A program made the position numbers and the translations under genes. Under the pieces are notes generated by a model. It did no database searches, had not been told where the DNA came from, and worked only from the letters and a program-made list of their open reading frames with translations. A stretch of 64,000 bases of DNA from Lepidodermella squamata (Eukaryota > Animalia > Gastrotricha), in NCBI GenBank assembly GCA_047495785.1, contig JBLDXI010000024.1:806001-870000 (forward strand), written 5' to 3'. Positions 24,263 through 36,534 of this stretch are shown here, in pieces; position 1 is the first letter of the stretch; each line of letters starts with the position of its first letter.

Positions 24263-25549
24263 TCAAACATTTGCCTTGTCCAATATTATAGCAATCGCTC
24301 GCTTGCCAAGAATTTCGATTTTCCGACGGTGCAGCACTGCTTTGAAATAGTCGTAGAAAGCGAATATTGCCAGTGTAACCGATGTAAGGCCGAAAAAGCA
24401 GCCGTGAATAATCGAATGAACACTTATAGCCAGCTCATTGTCATCCGCCCAAAAGAAGAAGCCGATCAACAAGAAAGCTAAGGCAAGAGTTGCTTCCATA
24501 ACCATCATAATTAAGCGGTGGACAAATCGTTTCAGATCGTCAGATTTGATTTTCACGACAAGTTCGCACTTGGCGATTGCCCAAAATCCAGAGGGCAGCG
24601 TCATGCCGAGGACAATAAATTGCGCGTAGTTGAACTGTTGAAATTTTGCGAAAAGCTCGCAGTCGAATGACAAAATGATGATTAGAACATTAACGGCAAG
24701 GTAGGCGCTTGATTGGATGAAGGGGTTCGACCCAGCGACAAAGTTGGCGCAGGAGCCGCATTGACTGCATTCTTCCTCGTTACTAAGGCAAGAATCGGTT
24801 TTTGTCGAAGTTCGAATCGATTTTATCATAATGCAAAAAGCGAGGCTTATACCGAAGAACACGATCCAGCCTAAAATCATGACTGTGATGAACGCGTTGT
24901 CATACTTCTGATCACCGCTAGACAGGTCGTGGTTGATTGCGTTTTGGAAATAGGCGAGGAAAATCGTCAATTGAATAAAATTTGCGGCTGTGACTCGAAA
25001 CGAAACATCCCCAGCCGAGGACAGGGTGGACAGATCGCGGAAGACCAGCCAAACAAAACGGAGGTTGGCTAGGAATGACGACAGCAGCAAACAAGCCCCG
25101 AAAATTTGGGAGGGCCAAACGGGAGCGACAATCTGCTCGCAAATTGACGCAATCAAAACTGGGTCACAGTACGATGCAGTTCCGCATGAATTATTTCTCG
25201 ATGTTGACTGACAGGCGATTGGTGATAACTCGAATGCTGTTTCGCCCATTGCAACGAAAATCGCGAATAGAAGGAGGCATATAGTAGCTGATAGTAAGGC
25301 TAGGAAAACTACTAGTAACCGAATAGGAAGACTTAGGGTAGGCTTCGTAATATCATCGGCACTGTCGGCGCTTGGGTGTATTTTATGGCTAGCCATTTCG
25401 TCGATTTTCTCTACTGCTGGCAAAGTGAAATAAATTGCTTCATCTGTGAAGCCGCTAACAATTTTGCGTTCCGGAAATTCACAACTCGATTCGTTGCCGT
25501 CATCGGTAGAAGGTATTACGCGAACGATGGCGCCCTTATCGAAAGCCAT
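24263..25549 (-). CDS. Intronless ~8-TM orphan protein
   Basis: Long ORF with eight hydrophobic segments and a Cys-rich first loop. Shares LxPIxC, LAY(F/L)QNAIN, SxPxFxQ and W.(A/D)D..E.A...HS with 25810-26865. Confidence 0.72.
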   Translation of the reverse strand: MAFDKGAIVRVIPSTDDGNESSCEFPERKIVSGFTDEAIYFTLPAVEKIDEMASHKIHPSADSADDITKPTLSLPIRLLVVFLALLSATICLLLFAIFVAMGETAFELSPIACQSTSRNNSCGTASYCDPVLIASICEQIVAPVWPSQIFGACLLLSSFLANLRFVWLVFRDLSTLSSAGDVSFRVTAANFIQLTIFLAYFQNAINHDLSSGDQKYDNAFITVMILGWIVFFGISLAFCIMIKSIRTSTKTDSCLSNEEECSQCGSCANFVAGSNPFIQSSAYLAVNVLIIILSFDCELFAKFQQFNYAQFIVLGMTLPSGFWAIAKCELVVKIKSDDLKRFVHRLIMMVMEATLALAFLLIGFFFWADDNELAISVHSIIHGCFFGLTSVTLAIFAFYDYFKAVLHRRKIEILGKRAIAIILDKANV

Positions 25550-25809
25550 TTTGTTATATAGTTTCGCCCTCAGCATTCAGCACACACCGGAAGCTGATGG
25601 CTACTTCATATAGGAACAATCGAAAATGTGTGCGTTAATAATTAACCAGCTTTCCGAGATGCGAAAAAACGCGCCGTTTTAGGGATTGGCGCGTCAAAAT
25701 TGTAAAACAAGCTAATCCTTAACTGCACGCTTTATATTATGTATTACAACATAGGTACTTTTGTTTTTTAATTAAAAAATAATCATATGAACAGCCAATT
25801 TATTCATGT

Positions 25810-26865
25810 TCATTCAGCATCAGATTTTTGCTTAATCATAGCGATCAGCTGAATGACGGCGAGTGACCCCGACAAAATCGACTGTAGCCCGCTGTGAAGG
25901 TAAAAAGCAGCCTGCTCGCCACTGTCTGCTGTCCAAGCGAATTGGGCGTAGAGACCGAACGCGGCCGAAGAAATCGCCAGTAGAGCTAAATGAGACCAAG
26001 CTCTTCGCTTCGGAAAATGTTTGTCAATTACGAAGAAAATTGTCGGTAGAAATACGCCGACTACAAGGACCATTAACAGGTTTTTGTCGTAGAAATCGTT
26101 GGCTAGAACGGCAAGATTGTTCGATAGACTGAAAATCAAGCAGTTGAATGAAATGAAGAGAATCGTCTGCAGGAAACACGGCGAATCAGCTATGTAGTAG
26201 ACGAAATAATTGCGGCTCGTCATGTGACATTTGCAGGCCACCTCGCTATTTTTTGACTTGGTCAACAAAAAAACTCCGCCGAGTCGTGGGTCGAAGCTCA
26301 AAATAGTTATGAATCCGATCAATAGGATAACAGAGATAGTCAGACAAAACACAGAAGTTGTTTGAAAAGTTGTCTCATTTTCGGAGTTGATGGCGTTTTG
26401 AAGATAAGCCAAATTAATGCAAAATTCGACGTAGATTGCGGATAACGCGCCTCGGAAGGTGATGATCGATCGGAGCAGTTCAGCCTCAGGTGGCATTATT
26501 TTAATGAAAGCCCGGTAAATCGTGAACATGGCCGATATTAATGCTAGCAAATGGCAGTAAGCATTCAGGATATGGACTCGCAAAGGAACGACGGCTTTTT
26601 CGCCGTTCGGACACATCCATTGAGTCATTGTTGTAGCGTTGTCCCCGCATGATATCGGCAGCAGCGACAGAGCTCTTTGCCCGAATAGCACGTATATAAC
26701 GATTTGAGCTATAGCTACGGCAAGAGCGACAGTTGCGAACAACCTGACAGCAATTTTGGTCCGCGTGTCCACCTTAAGGTTGTTTGGTATCTCGGCAGTT
26801 GGGATTAGTTCAGATTTACTGCCGAAATCAACGCTAACCGAGACCAGATCAGACTTTGACTGCAT
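25810..26865 (-). CDS. Intronless ~8-TM orphan protein, paralog of 24263-25549
   Basis: 351-aa ORF with the shared motifs listed for 24263-25549. Confidence 0.72.
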   Translation of the reverse strand: MQSKSDLVSVSVDFGSKSELIPTAEIPNNLKVDTRTKIAVRLFATVALAVAIAQIVIYVLFGQRALSLLPISCGDNATTMTQWMCPNGEKAVVPLRVHILNAYCHLLALISAMFTIYRAFIKIMPPEAELLRSIITFRGALSAIYVEFCINLAYLQNAINSENETTFQTTSVFCLTISVILLIGFITILSFDPRLGGVFLLTKSKNSEVACKCHMTSRNYFVYYIADSPCFLQTILFISFNCLIFSLSNNLAVLANDFYDKNLLMVLVVGVFLPTIFFVIDKHFPKRRAWSHLALLAISSAAFGLYAQFAWTADSGEQAAFYLHSGLQSILSGSLAVIQLIAMIKQKSDAE

Positions 26866-28113
26866 TACGTTCTTCTTTTGATTTTGATAAAAAACGTCTA
26901 AATCTGCAACGTGTTTTTTTAGGCGCGGAAATTGTTAAAACAACCTCGCGGTGAAATGCGTGGGATTTTTGTATAATAAGGCTGATGCACTAGGCAAATA
27001 ATGATGAGTGAACACACAGCTCAAGGTTTTATCGCATGCGCACGGCAAAAAAATCGATTCACAGCGCGATTTTTGAGCGTCAAAGCTGTGCGAGATAAGA
27101 ACATTATAAAGCTATTACTGTGCTGAAATCATTTAAAGCAACACCAAGCTTAATGGTATTCTCAAGTTTGTATGTGTCGCCTTGCGTGTATTTCCTTACA
27201 CGCGTCTCGTAAGTGCGCGATGAGAGTAATTTTTTCAGTCACCGGGTGCAATATGATCATATAGTACATATTACAGGACAACTATCAGGTGTCTAAAAGG
27301 CGCGCCTCTTCGCCTATTGAAACGACACCACAATTAGCGGCAGTGCGGGGGAAACTCAGTCGATGTTTTGAAAAATAATTGAATTAAAAATTGCGGTTCT
27401 CAAAGGTGCAGTGGGCGTTGCATCAAATAAAATGGCAAGAAGCACTAATGCAAGCAAGACACATCATTGCAAAACACGACTGGAATTTCCGGCTGCATAC
27501 ATGCAATTCAATACCATATGCTTCTATAAGGCTGGGCTGTCTGAAGTATAAAAAAATATGAACATCGACCTGAAGCAAGAGTAAAACGGAGGTTTCGCTG
27601 AGAGATCACTGCTATTACCTTTGTTTACCATACAGATTAATTTTTCATTGGCATTTTTCCACCTTTTATATAATTTTTCTGCTTCGAACATGTGGCATAT
27701 GCTTGCGGCTCTCAATTTGTACGGTGGTCTTACACTGAACTTTGAGGATAATGCTTGTTTACATAGCGAAGATAAACACCAAATACTACATATGCTCTCG
27801 AGTTATCATGTTGACAAAGATAATGGGGGAGCTGCTGCTCAAACTACCATTTAATAAATTGCTGAATATTGCTGAAATAAATAACAGAATTTGTTAATTT
27901 GTAGCCCTAAACGCGGTAAATAAAAGTGGATCATCGTAAAGGTAAATGGGTAGTTCTGAACCAATAAGAGACATTAGGCAGACGCAGCGGATATACAAAT
28001 CCTCATAAAATCGCGACATGTTTGCAGATGATCAGAGCGGCTACTTGATCATGGCCAGCCCCAATTGGCTAGCTTAATCGCTGAGTTTACTAGAAACAGG
28101 AAAGCGACTTCCC

Positions 28114-29606
28114 ATGATGCAAACTTCAACCGCTGAGAAAGATGAACCTCAGGCTAATCGGCTGCCTGGGTCGACCAACGTTGATGACCTGTTAGACTTG
28201 GCTCGGGACCATGGAGTATCGAAATCTTTCGAACGGCGAAATGCCGAGTTAACGTCCGAGTTGCCAATCATATCTGCATTCAAGTACTATTTCCTGAGAA
28301 ACGACAACTGCAAGACCACTCGAAGGACGGCTGGAAACTGGAGTAATGAATCATACCATGATAGAATGTCTTCATAATTCACGTTACAAATTATATTTCA
28401 GTCAGCGTTGTGAGCTTTTATTTCACTTTCTACATCGTCGTTGTTCTGCCTCTTCTGCCGATTGGCGTACTTTACCGATACCTACGTCTTGACATTGTCC
28501 ACCCACACCACTCAAGAATGATCCTTCAGGAGCCAGGTAGTTCAGGATTCACGAAATTTTGAAATAAGATTTCCCCATTTCATCATAGGCCTAAACTTTC
28601 GCCCCTATCCGGTACAACCTGGCGATGACGGGAATAACAAAACCTGGGGTACCTTGGTTCAGTTCAATAGATTCGATCGAGACCGATTTCAACGTTACAT
28701 CTGGAATATCGACTCTGTCGTAAATAGTTAGGTTTAACTTTAAGCTTCAACAAATTTACCACTTCAATTGTTTCTATCTTACATAGAATATGAGGCTCAT
28801 CGAGAGCGTAAAATGCTAAACGAACGTGAAGACGTAACTTGGTCAAAGGTAAGCATTTCCAGATTATTAAATAGATACCTGAGATATGATAATATTTTAC
28901 ACCTCAGTGGTGTACTTTCGAAAATCCAGCCGACTCAACCCACGGATGCATTCTAAATGCTAAGGTATAAGCTGAACTCTAAATTATAGACTGCTGAATT
29001 GATGATTTTCTTACAGGGGTTTGGGACGTATTGCTACCGAAACATGGAATATGGCTTTCCAGACGGACAGCCTTGCTTTTTGATCAGGGTTAACAAAGTT
29101 TACGGTTGGATGCCAGAACCCTATCAAACTTACGAAGAACTAATCGAAGCTGGGTTCCCGGAGGAAGTCATGGATCCTAGTAACTTTGACCATCGATACA
29201 TGCCGATCACTTGCGGCGGAGAGACAGATGTTGACACAGAGTTGCTTGGTCCCGTCGACTACATTTACCCCTTCGAGTCTGGAAAGAATGGTATTCCGAC
29301 GTATTTCTTCCCATATTTGAATCAAATCAACTACAGATCACCAGGTAAATATTGAATATCAGAAAGCTTTGCTAAGGTCGTAATGCACAAATTGAAGGGA
29401 TTATGGTCAACTTCTGGAATGTTACTACGAGTGTTGTGATCCAAATCCGATGTCTCTTGTGGGCTCGCAACGTGCCCCACATCCGTGACGGAGGTGCTCA
29501 TGGTCGGCTTCGAGGCTCGGTACATTTCGAGCTGATGGTGGACAACGGAATGATGTACCGTCATGACATGCCAGAAGAATCAGATGAATGGGTTGCGACC
29601 CACTGA
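28114..29606 (+). CDS. Na+/K+-ATPase beta subunit (nervana-like), copy A, 7 exons
   Basis: RTAGNW before a single TM, EPGLNFRP, YGFPDGQPCFLIRVNKVYGWMPE, YFFPYLNQINYRSP, IRCLLWARN, RGSVHFELMVD. Confidence 0.9.
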
Positions 29607-30056
29607 TTTCGATACATTTTTATATAGTATAGCATATAGCATATAGCTCTATGCGTTCCAGATTGCGATGATATACATAAATTGATACATACATCAAGAA
29701 TACTACACTACATGGGATGCTCTCGAACTATCATGTTGACAAAGATACAAGGGCAGCTGCTCAAACTACCATCTACTACAAATTAATATTGTGGAAATAA
29801 ATAAAATTGTAAATTTGTTATTTTGTTATTTTGTAACCTAAAACGCAATTGTGCGGCGATCATATGAGTGATATGGTAAATAAAAGTGGATGATTATTAA
29901 GTTGATGGGCCGTTCTGAACCAACAAGAGACATTTAGCAGACGCAGCGGATATACATGTTTGCAGATGAGCGGAGCGGCTACTTGATAATGACCAGCCCT
30001 AATAGTAAAATAGGCTAGCCCATACTTCCTAGAACCATCAAAAGCAAGATTCCACC

Positions 30057-31532
30057 ATGTCAAATTTGATCGCCGAGAAAGATGTGCCGCTAATAAGCCG
30101 TTCGCCTGTTATCACTGATCAAAAAGACCTATTGGACTTGGCTCGGGACCGTGGAGATTCCGGGTCTCTCAATCGGACCAATACCGAGTTATCGTCCGAG
30201 TTACCAATCATATCTGCATTCAAGTTCTATTTCTTGAGCGACAAAAACAATAAGACCAATCGAAGGACGGCTGGAAATTGGAGTAATGCACCAGTTCCTG
30301 CTAAAACAAATTTATAATGCTCGTTTTTTCAGTCAGTGTTGTTAGTTTTTATTTCACTTTCTACATCGTCGTTCTTCTGCCCCTTCTACCGATTGGCGTT
30401 CTTTATCGATACCTGCGTTTGGACATTGTCCACCCACACCACTCAAGAATGATCCTGCAAGAACCAGGTCTGAACGGCGTTCCTGCTATTCGATTTAACG
30501 TGATGCCATTATTTCGTAGGCCTTAACTTCCGCCCATATCCGGTACAATATGGTGATGACCAGGACAACAAAACGTGGGGCACCTTGATCCAATTTAATC
30601 GGTATGACCGCCACCGGTTTCAAAAATATATCTGGAATATCGACTCGGTCGTGAACAGTTAGCTTTAACCATCATATAATGTTTCACTTCAATTTTAATC
30701 TCTGTAAATAGAATACGAAGCCCATCGAGAGCGTAAGGTACTAAACGAGCGTGAAGACGTAACCTGGTCAAAGGTAAGCAAGCCCACATTAATAATGCAG
30801 CCGGTTTAATGAGCTTTACCTCAGTGGTGTACGTTCGAAAATCCAGCTGACGCAACGCACGCCTGCATTTTGAATGCTAAGGTTTAGATTCTGAACTGAC
30901 TGGGTAGACTCTAAATTTAACTGGCTAAATTGCTTCTCTTACAGGGCTTTGGGACATACTGCTACCGAAACATGGAATATGGCTTTCCAGACGGACAGCC
31001 TTGCTTTTTGATCAGGGTTAACAAAGTTTACGGTTGGATGCCAGAACCCTATCAAACTTACGAAGAACTAATCGAAGCTGGGTTCCCGGAGGAAGTCATG
31101 GATCCTAGTAACTTTGACCATCGATACATGCCGATCACTTGCGGCGGAGAGACAGATGTTGACACAGAGTTGCTTGGTCCCGTCGACTACATTTACCCCT
31201 TCGAGTCTGGAAAGAATGGAATACCAACGTATTTCTTCCCATATTTAAATCAAATCAACTACAGGTCGCCGGGTAAGAATTTCAAGGAATAAGTATTCCT
31301 CTATAGTTATGTGAATCTTCAAGGAATTATGGTCAACTTCTGGAATGTTACTACGAGTGTTGTGATCCGAATCCGATGTCTCCTGTGGGCTCGCAACGTG
31401 CCCCACATCAGTGACGGAGGGGCTCATGGTCGTCTTCGAGGCGCGGTGCATTTTGAGCTGATGGTGGACAATGGAATGATGTACCGACATGACATGCCAG
31501 AAGAACCGGATGATTGGTTAGCGACCCACTGA
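30057..31532 (+). CDS. Na+/K+-ATPase beta subunit, copy B, 7 exons
   Basis: Same motifs and same intron positions as copy A. Confidence 0.9.
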
Positions 31533-32065
31533 TTTCGATTCACTGCTCAGCATTAGCAGATTATAGTATCTTCGAAAATTTCAAATAAAAAATGGTTATG
31601 GCATGGGATCTTCGACGAAAGCTGAGCTTAGGAATAGAAAACTGTGTGCATAGACATCATATGTCAGGTTAATCTGATCTCTATGTTATAGCGAAGGAGT
31701 TTTGTTCTCGTTGGAACTGGGAGCATGTCTTCTCAAGTTTTGCTGAACGATTACTGCACCTCCTATTGTTTTCCTATCGCTTTAGATTGTGTGTGAAACT
31801 TCGCGAAGGAAGGTTTCCTGTGTTCTCTTTAGCCTTAATTTTAATAATTAGCTACAAGATGAACAAACACGCAACATGAGTAACCCCGGGCGAACTCCAT
31901 GTTTATTTCATTATGTGGCCACTGTTTTATTGCGTGCCAGTTGAGCGCGCTGGCAACAAAATGCTGTGAGCCCATGTCTACTGCATAGCTATATAATAGA
32001 TTATCTGATGAGATGTACATGAGATAATTTTGTCGCTGTGAAGTTACTTCACGACGTCAAACTAG

Positions 32066-32350
32066 ATGTCGCTGAAAATTATCATCTCAACGACGATCGC
32101 AATCGGAATTTACGTGATTTTCTTGTCTTTCACTTACTTCATCCTTGAGAGCTATTACGTAACACCTGACGTCATGGAAACGTTTAGCGGCAATAAACTC
32201 AGTAAATCTTATCAACTGTTTACTAGTTTTCCTATTGATGAACGAATTTTAGGTATTGTTTTCTTCAAGACTTCGATGCGAATCCTGAGTTTTGCAGCTA
32301 CCGTATTTTTTGGACTCATGTCCCGCAGATTTCTCCTTACAGCCCAATGA
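32066..32350 (+). pseudogene. K2P-channel-like 5' fragment (M1 exon) interrupted by a LINE
   Basis: SLKIIISTTIAIGIYVIFLSFTYFILES resembles DVKLFLLISIAIGVYVILGALLFQFIES of the K2P at 34264, with a phase-1 donor at the equivalent position. No pore exons follow. Confidence 0.5.
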
Positions 32351-33450
32351 CATATCGACGTGAAAGAAAACTTTTTTCTACCAATAAAATGTGCTCCTTG
32401 ATCGAAATACTTGCTTTCGTTAACGAAATGACTTGAAAACCGACACAAACTCAAACTTAATGCTGACAAAACTCAGGTAATTCGCTTCTCCTTGGCCGAC
32501 GAAGACAATGAAATCAAAATCGAGTTTGACGGTAATGTGCTGCCCTGGCTCCCGGAAATAACCTATCTTGGTGTAACATTCGATAAAAAACTAAATTTTA
32601 ACAGTCTTGTTCAAAAATTACAGCATAAGGTGTCGGGCAGAATTACCTGTTTGCGCCGACTGTGTAGCAATGGAATAAACATGGCCACAAGGCAAGCCCT
32701 GACGGTCTTTAAGGCCACCATCAGATCGGCTATGGAACACGGCTGCGAATCCTACATCGGCATGTCTGATGACAACATGAAAATTTTGCAGCGCACTCAA
32801 AACCAAGCTCTAAAAATATGTTTGAGAAAACCTAGGCTTTGCGGCATAGAGCAACTGCACAGTGACGCCAGAATCGACATGTTTCGAGCACGCATCATCG
32901 AACGAACAGTCAAAACGATTAATCGAGCCATTCGAGTGGGGACCGACGCGGGTATTGACGCTCGCAATTTACTACAACATCAGCCTCTCTTACCATCCAG
33001 AATATCTATTATCACTCCACTCGATGTCATTCGCTCGCGACTAGAAGCTTGAGTACAGAAGAGAACGCGAATTATTTGATGCATGTTGTAAATACATTTT
33101 GTAAATACAAGTTAGAAAAATGTATGACGCGAATATTACTCAAAACTATCGTTGGCGATCGCCTTATTTACAAAATACATACTGAATACTGACATGCGAA
33201 TTACGACAATACTGCCACTCATAACCTTCATGTTCACCTATAATCTCATTGTATTATACTACTGCTATATCTGTTTTGCTATGCTTAATTTTATGACTTA
33301 AATGCCACAATTTGCTGTATACTGCTTTTTCTCTTTACTGTGCCAACCTTTTTTTTGTATATACTACTACGCTACTACGCCACTTCATTCACAAACACGA
33401 TCGAAAAGAATAATCACTCAAGCTCGAAAAATAATTATAAAAAAAATGGT

Positions 33451-33637
33451 ATGGCTTCACTCGCTCTCTGGGGCCCGGCGCGTGGAATGCAGGGTCAGTT
33501 TCTGCCGAGCGGGCTAAAATGCCTCCTTCAGCGAAGGTTGTGTTGTCAGCCGGTGGGCTAGCGCAACCTTCGCGTAAGCAGAGGCTGATTCTGGGTGACC
33601 AGTTGTCCCCGGGACCTGCGAGGTAGGGTGAGGTCAT
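33451..33637 (+). ncRNA. Structured RNA element at the LINE 3' end (or an independent SINE-like unit)
   Basis: Nested helices 33451-33461/33627-33637, 33467-33473/33607-33613, 33491-33505/33578-33592 and 33531-33545/33559-33573, with G-U wobbles on the + strand. Confidence 0.55.
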
Positions 33638-33646
33638 CACACACAA

Positions 33647-33693
33647 ATAATAATAATAACAATAATAATTATTATAATAATTATTACAAATAA
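33647..33693 (+). repeat. (TAA)n-like microsatellite tail
   Basis: ataataataataacaataataattattataataattattacaaataa. Confidence 0.75.
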
Positions 33694-34263
33694 TATACCG
33701 AACAGACATGTGCTTAGTGATATGAAAACTGAACAACCTCTCTATCGTACGATCTCCTGTTTCACCTCCTCCTCTCATTTTATCCTTTCTGAACAAACAC
33801 AAATTGTACTTGAAGCCACGTAGAGAAAGAACCTACTACTACCCAAAACACAATCTTACGATTATAAATATCTACGGATGTATAAAATCGTGGCCGAAAC
33901 CAAATAAAGCAGTATTTAAAAAAAAATGACTTGAAAATTGTCGACCGAGTGAGCCCTTCTGACGCATTAACATTGCAAAAAGTGCGCAAGAGTGCGTCAT
34001 TGGCTATATGGGCCTTTGTGCTTCACAATAAAATAACTTGAAAACGCTCTTACACCGGCTTCAACAGGTGTTTTGTTACCAGCAACAAGCGCAAAGGTTT
34101 TGACAGCACAGACATATACCAGCGAGGTTGAGAATATAAAATAAGTTGCTCATGTTATACGTTGTGCGCTTTCCACAATGGCGACGTTGTGATAACATAG
34201 AGGATTATCTCAGCTGCGGTTTTTTTGCGTGTCGTAGTTTTTCCAGTTGATGGTCTAACCGAC

Positions 34264-35909
34264 ATGGATGTAAAGCTGTTTCTGCTGATAAGCATCGCCA
34301 TCGGAGTTTATGTTATTCTTGGCGCTCTTCTTTTCCAGTTCATCGAAAGCAGGAACGAGCCACCGGTTCAGAATCTCAAAGGAGCAAGCCAAATTTTGAG
34401 TAAGCTCCTTAATTCAGCACCTTTAACTTCAGAAGATATCATAGTTGATTAAGGTGGAAATCTTACTTTGGAGCAGTTCCTAAATGATCTCTTGCACAGA
34501 ATCGCTCTGCCCAACCCAGGATGGACTGTGACTTTACACCTGAATGGCGAAGCTATTGCGAGTGACCAACTTTACATTTGTTCTCGGCCAAGGACATCAA
34601 ACAGAACTAACATCGAGATCAAAAGACCTGCTAACGATTCACTTATTGAAGTCTACGTCGAACGTCACAAGTACAACTGGAGCCTTTACGAAGCTGTATT
34701 TTTCGCCGAGATGTTGATTACATCTATAGGTTACGGCCATATAGTTCCTGTTACCGAGGCTGGTCGCCTGTTAACATGTTTGTACTCAGTCATCGGCATC
34801 CCAATCATGGCTGTCTGGGCGACGGCGATCGGCGAGTTTGTCAAGGTCATGTCGAAGCGATTGCGGGTTAAGATTAACCTGTCCAAGGAAAGGCAGCCTC
34901 TCTACCTCATAGCTGAAATAACCTTCGTCATATCCGCGGGTTCCTTCATCTTCATTTTCCTACCAGCGATGCTTTTTTCTTACATGGATGGCTGGTCCTA
35001 TGTTGAAGCTGTGTATTGTAAGCACGAAAGGATTTGGTGTAGCATTATCCTAAACACGTGTTATTCCTGTGTAGATTGCGTGATAACCCTGTCAACGATT
35101 GGCTTGGGAGATTTCGTTGCTGGTGAGCCGTCTTAAATTTGTGTTTGGTTTTACCCAAAAACTCTGTTTATATAGGTCTCGGAAGAGCCGAAAGCACCCC
35201 GGTGTGGTACCAGATTTTCATTAATTGCTGGTTATTTGTAGGACTTGGTTGGCTCTCGATGATAATCACGCTGGCAATGAGCTTGTTCCGGAAAAAGGCG
35301 AAAAATGTTGTAGCTCAGCTGAAAACTGAGCTGAAAAAATTAGGCGATCAACCGATGAGAATCGCTAAACTGCGGAGGACAGTTTCAGGAAGGCGGCAAG
35401 TTGAAATAATGTTGCCCAACTCTGCGTCGCACCAGCACTTCATTAGCGCGCAAAATACCTCAAATCGTCATTTATTGCTGAGTGATGGTAATAATAACCC
35501 TACTATTACGCTGGACCTATGCGAAAGTCCTACAACTAGACCGCGGTCAGGAATGCTTATTCGCAACTACTCTGACGCCGGTCATCGCCGATCTTCGTCA
35601 AATCACTCGAGCGAGCACTCGTCCTCCCTAATACATATTCACCTGCAGCCGATTAAAGAGAATAGGATGTATCGAAAACCTGATTGGCACGTTGGGGGTG
35701 ACGAATCCTTAGTGAAGCGGGCGTTTCTTCATCCAACGAGTTATCAGCGATCCGTCAGTCATCAGCCAAATGCATACATTAAAGAAACATTGCCGCCAAA
35801 TCGACATGCCAGCAACGCTAATTCATTTATATATGTTAGCGATTTAGGCGTTGTTGAAAGCATCTCGTCCTCCTATGAGGTGTTGAGACCTCGGAGTAAA
35901 AGCCATTGA
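34264..35909 (+). CDS. Two-pore-domain K+ channel (K2P/KCNK family), 4 exons
   Basis: M1 GALLFQFIE, pore 1 ITSIGYGHIVP, GRLLTCLYSVIGIP, WSYVEAVY, pore 2 TLSTIGLGDFVA, long Ser-rich tail. Introns at ~34400-34453, 35018-35074 and 35122-35175. Confidence 0.92.
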
Positions 35910-36059
35910 ACAATTTGTTATTTATTTACATCATACGGAGTGTTTTTGAGTATGATTCTCTAAAGGGTATTATAATTGCTCAAAAAATGTGCGGATTTTT
36001 TTAGCTACAGACGTTGTGCCAATAGTGATAGGATTTCATTCTATAGCTTGGTATAATGA

Positions 36060-36534
36060 TTAGTTGTATCCCTGAAGAAGACTGCCAAGATCGTCGACGC
36101 GCTCATCAACCATATCGCGGGCCGCAAGCTTCGCCCACAGGTAGAACGGCTGAGCGTTGACGTTCTTGCAAATGGCAGGCGACAACAGTTGGCTGCATCG
36201 CTGCAACTTGCGCTCGCGCTCCTTCTGCAGCACCTCACGCAGCGCATCCGTAACAGCTTCCTCCTTGCCCTTTTTCAACATATCCATCAGCTTCACTATA
36301 TGAAACGTCCAGTTATAGAGGGCTAAATAGGCCAATCCTATACTTACTTGTCATGTTCTTCTCTCGCATCGTCTTTGACCCGGCTTGCTGCATTATGCTT
36401 TTCCACGACTCTTTGTTCGACTCGACATCGGCAGAGGTCGCAACGGTCGGGGCTACGTCGGCTTGTGCATCGGCGAAACTAACAGCGACAACAAAGCCAA
36501 AGAGAGCAACTAAAATCATCTCGAATCGGTTCAT
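36060..36534 (-). CDS. Secreted prohormone-like protein, QPFYLWA family copy A (2 exons)
   Basis: Signal peptide, phase-1 intron, then ...ERERKLQRCSQLLSPAICKNVNAQPFYLWAKLAARDMV. Confidence 0.75.

Larger units (their letters stand above)
27775..31540 (+). repeat. Tandem duplication, ~1.93-kb unit (upstream region plus Na/K-ATPase beta gene)
   Basis: Non-coding 27780-28070 aligns with 29700-30010 (e.g. tatcatgttgacaaagata, ctgctcaaactaccat, taaataaaagtggat, cagacgcagcggatataca), and the genes follow. Confidence 0.8.
32400..33693 (+). mobile_element. 5'-truncated non-LTR retrotransposon (Jockey/I-group-like RT C-terminus, 3' UTR and (TAA)n tail)
   Basis: KLNADKTQVIRF, TYLGVTFDKKLNF, FKATIRSAMEHGC and LQRTQNQALKICL are typical LINE RT thumb/C-terminal motifs. 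Stop at 33052 and TAA-repeat tail at 33647-33693. The 5' junction is uncertain. Confidence 0.85.

Noticed and set aside
24263-26865. Calling the multi-TM orphans GPCRs or gustatory receptors
   Set aside because: No DRY/NPxxY or TYxxxxxQF motifs, and the TM count looks like 8.
32003-32030. CTGATGA hammerhead-like core (another lies on the minus strand at ~23366-23373)
   Set aside because: No GAAA or stems in the required arrangement, and the second lies within a CDS.
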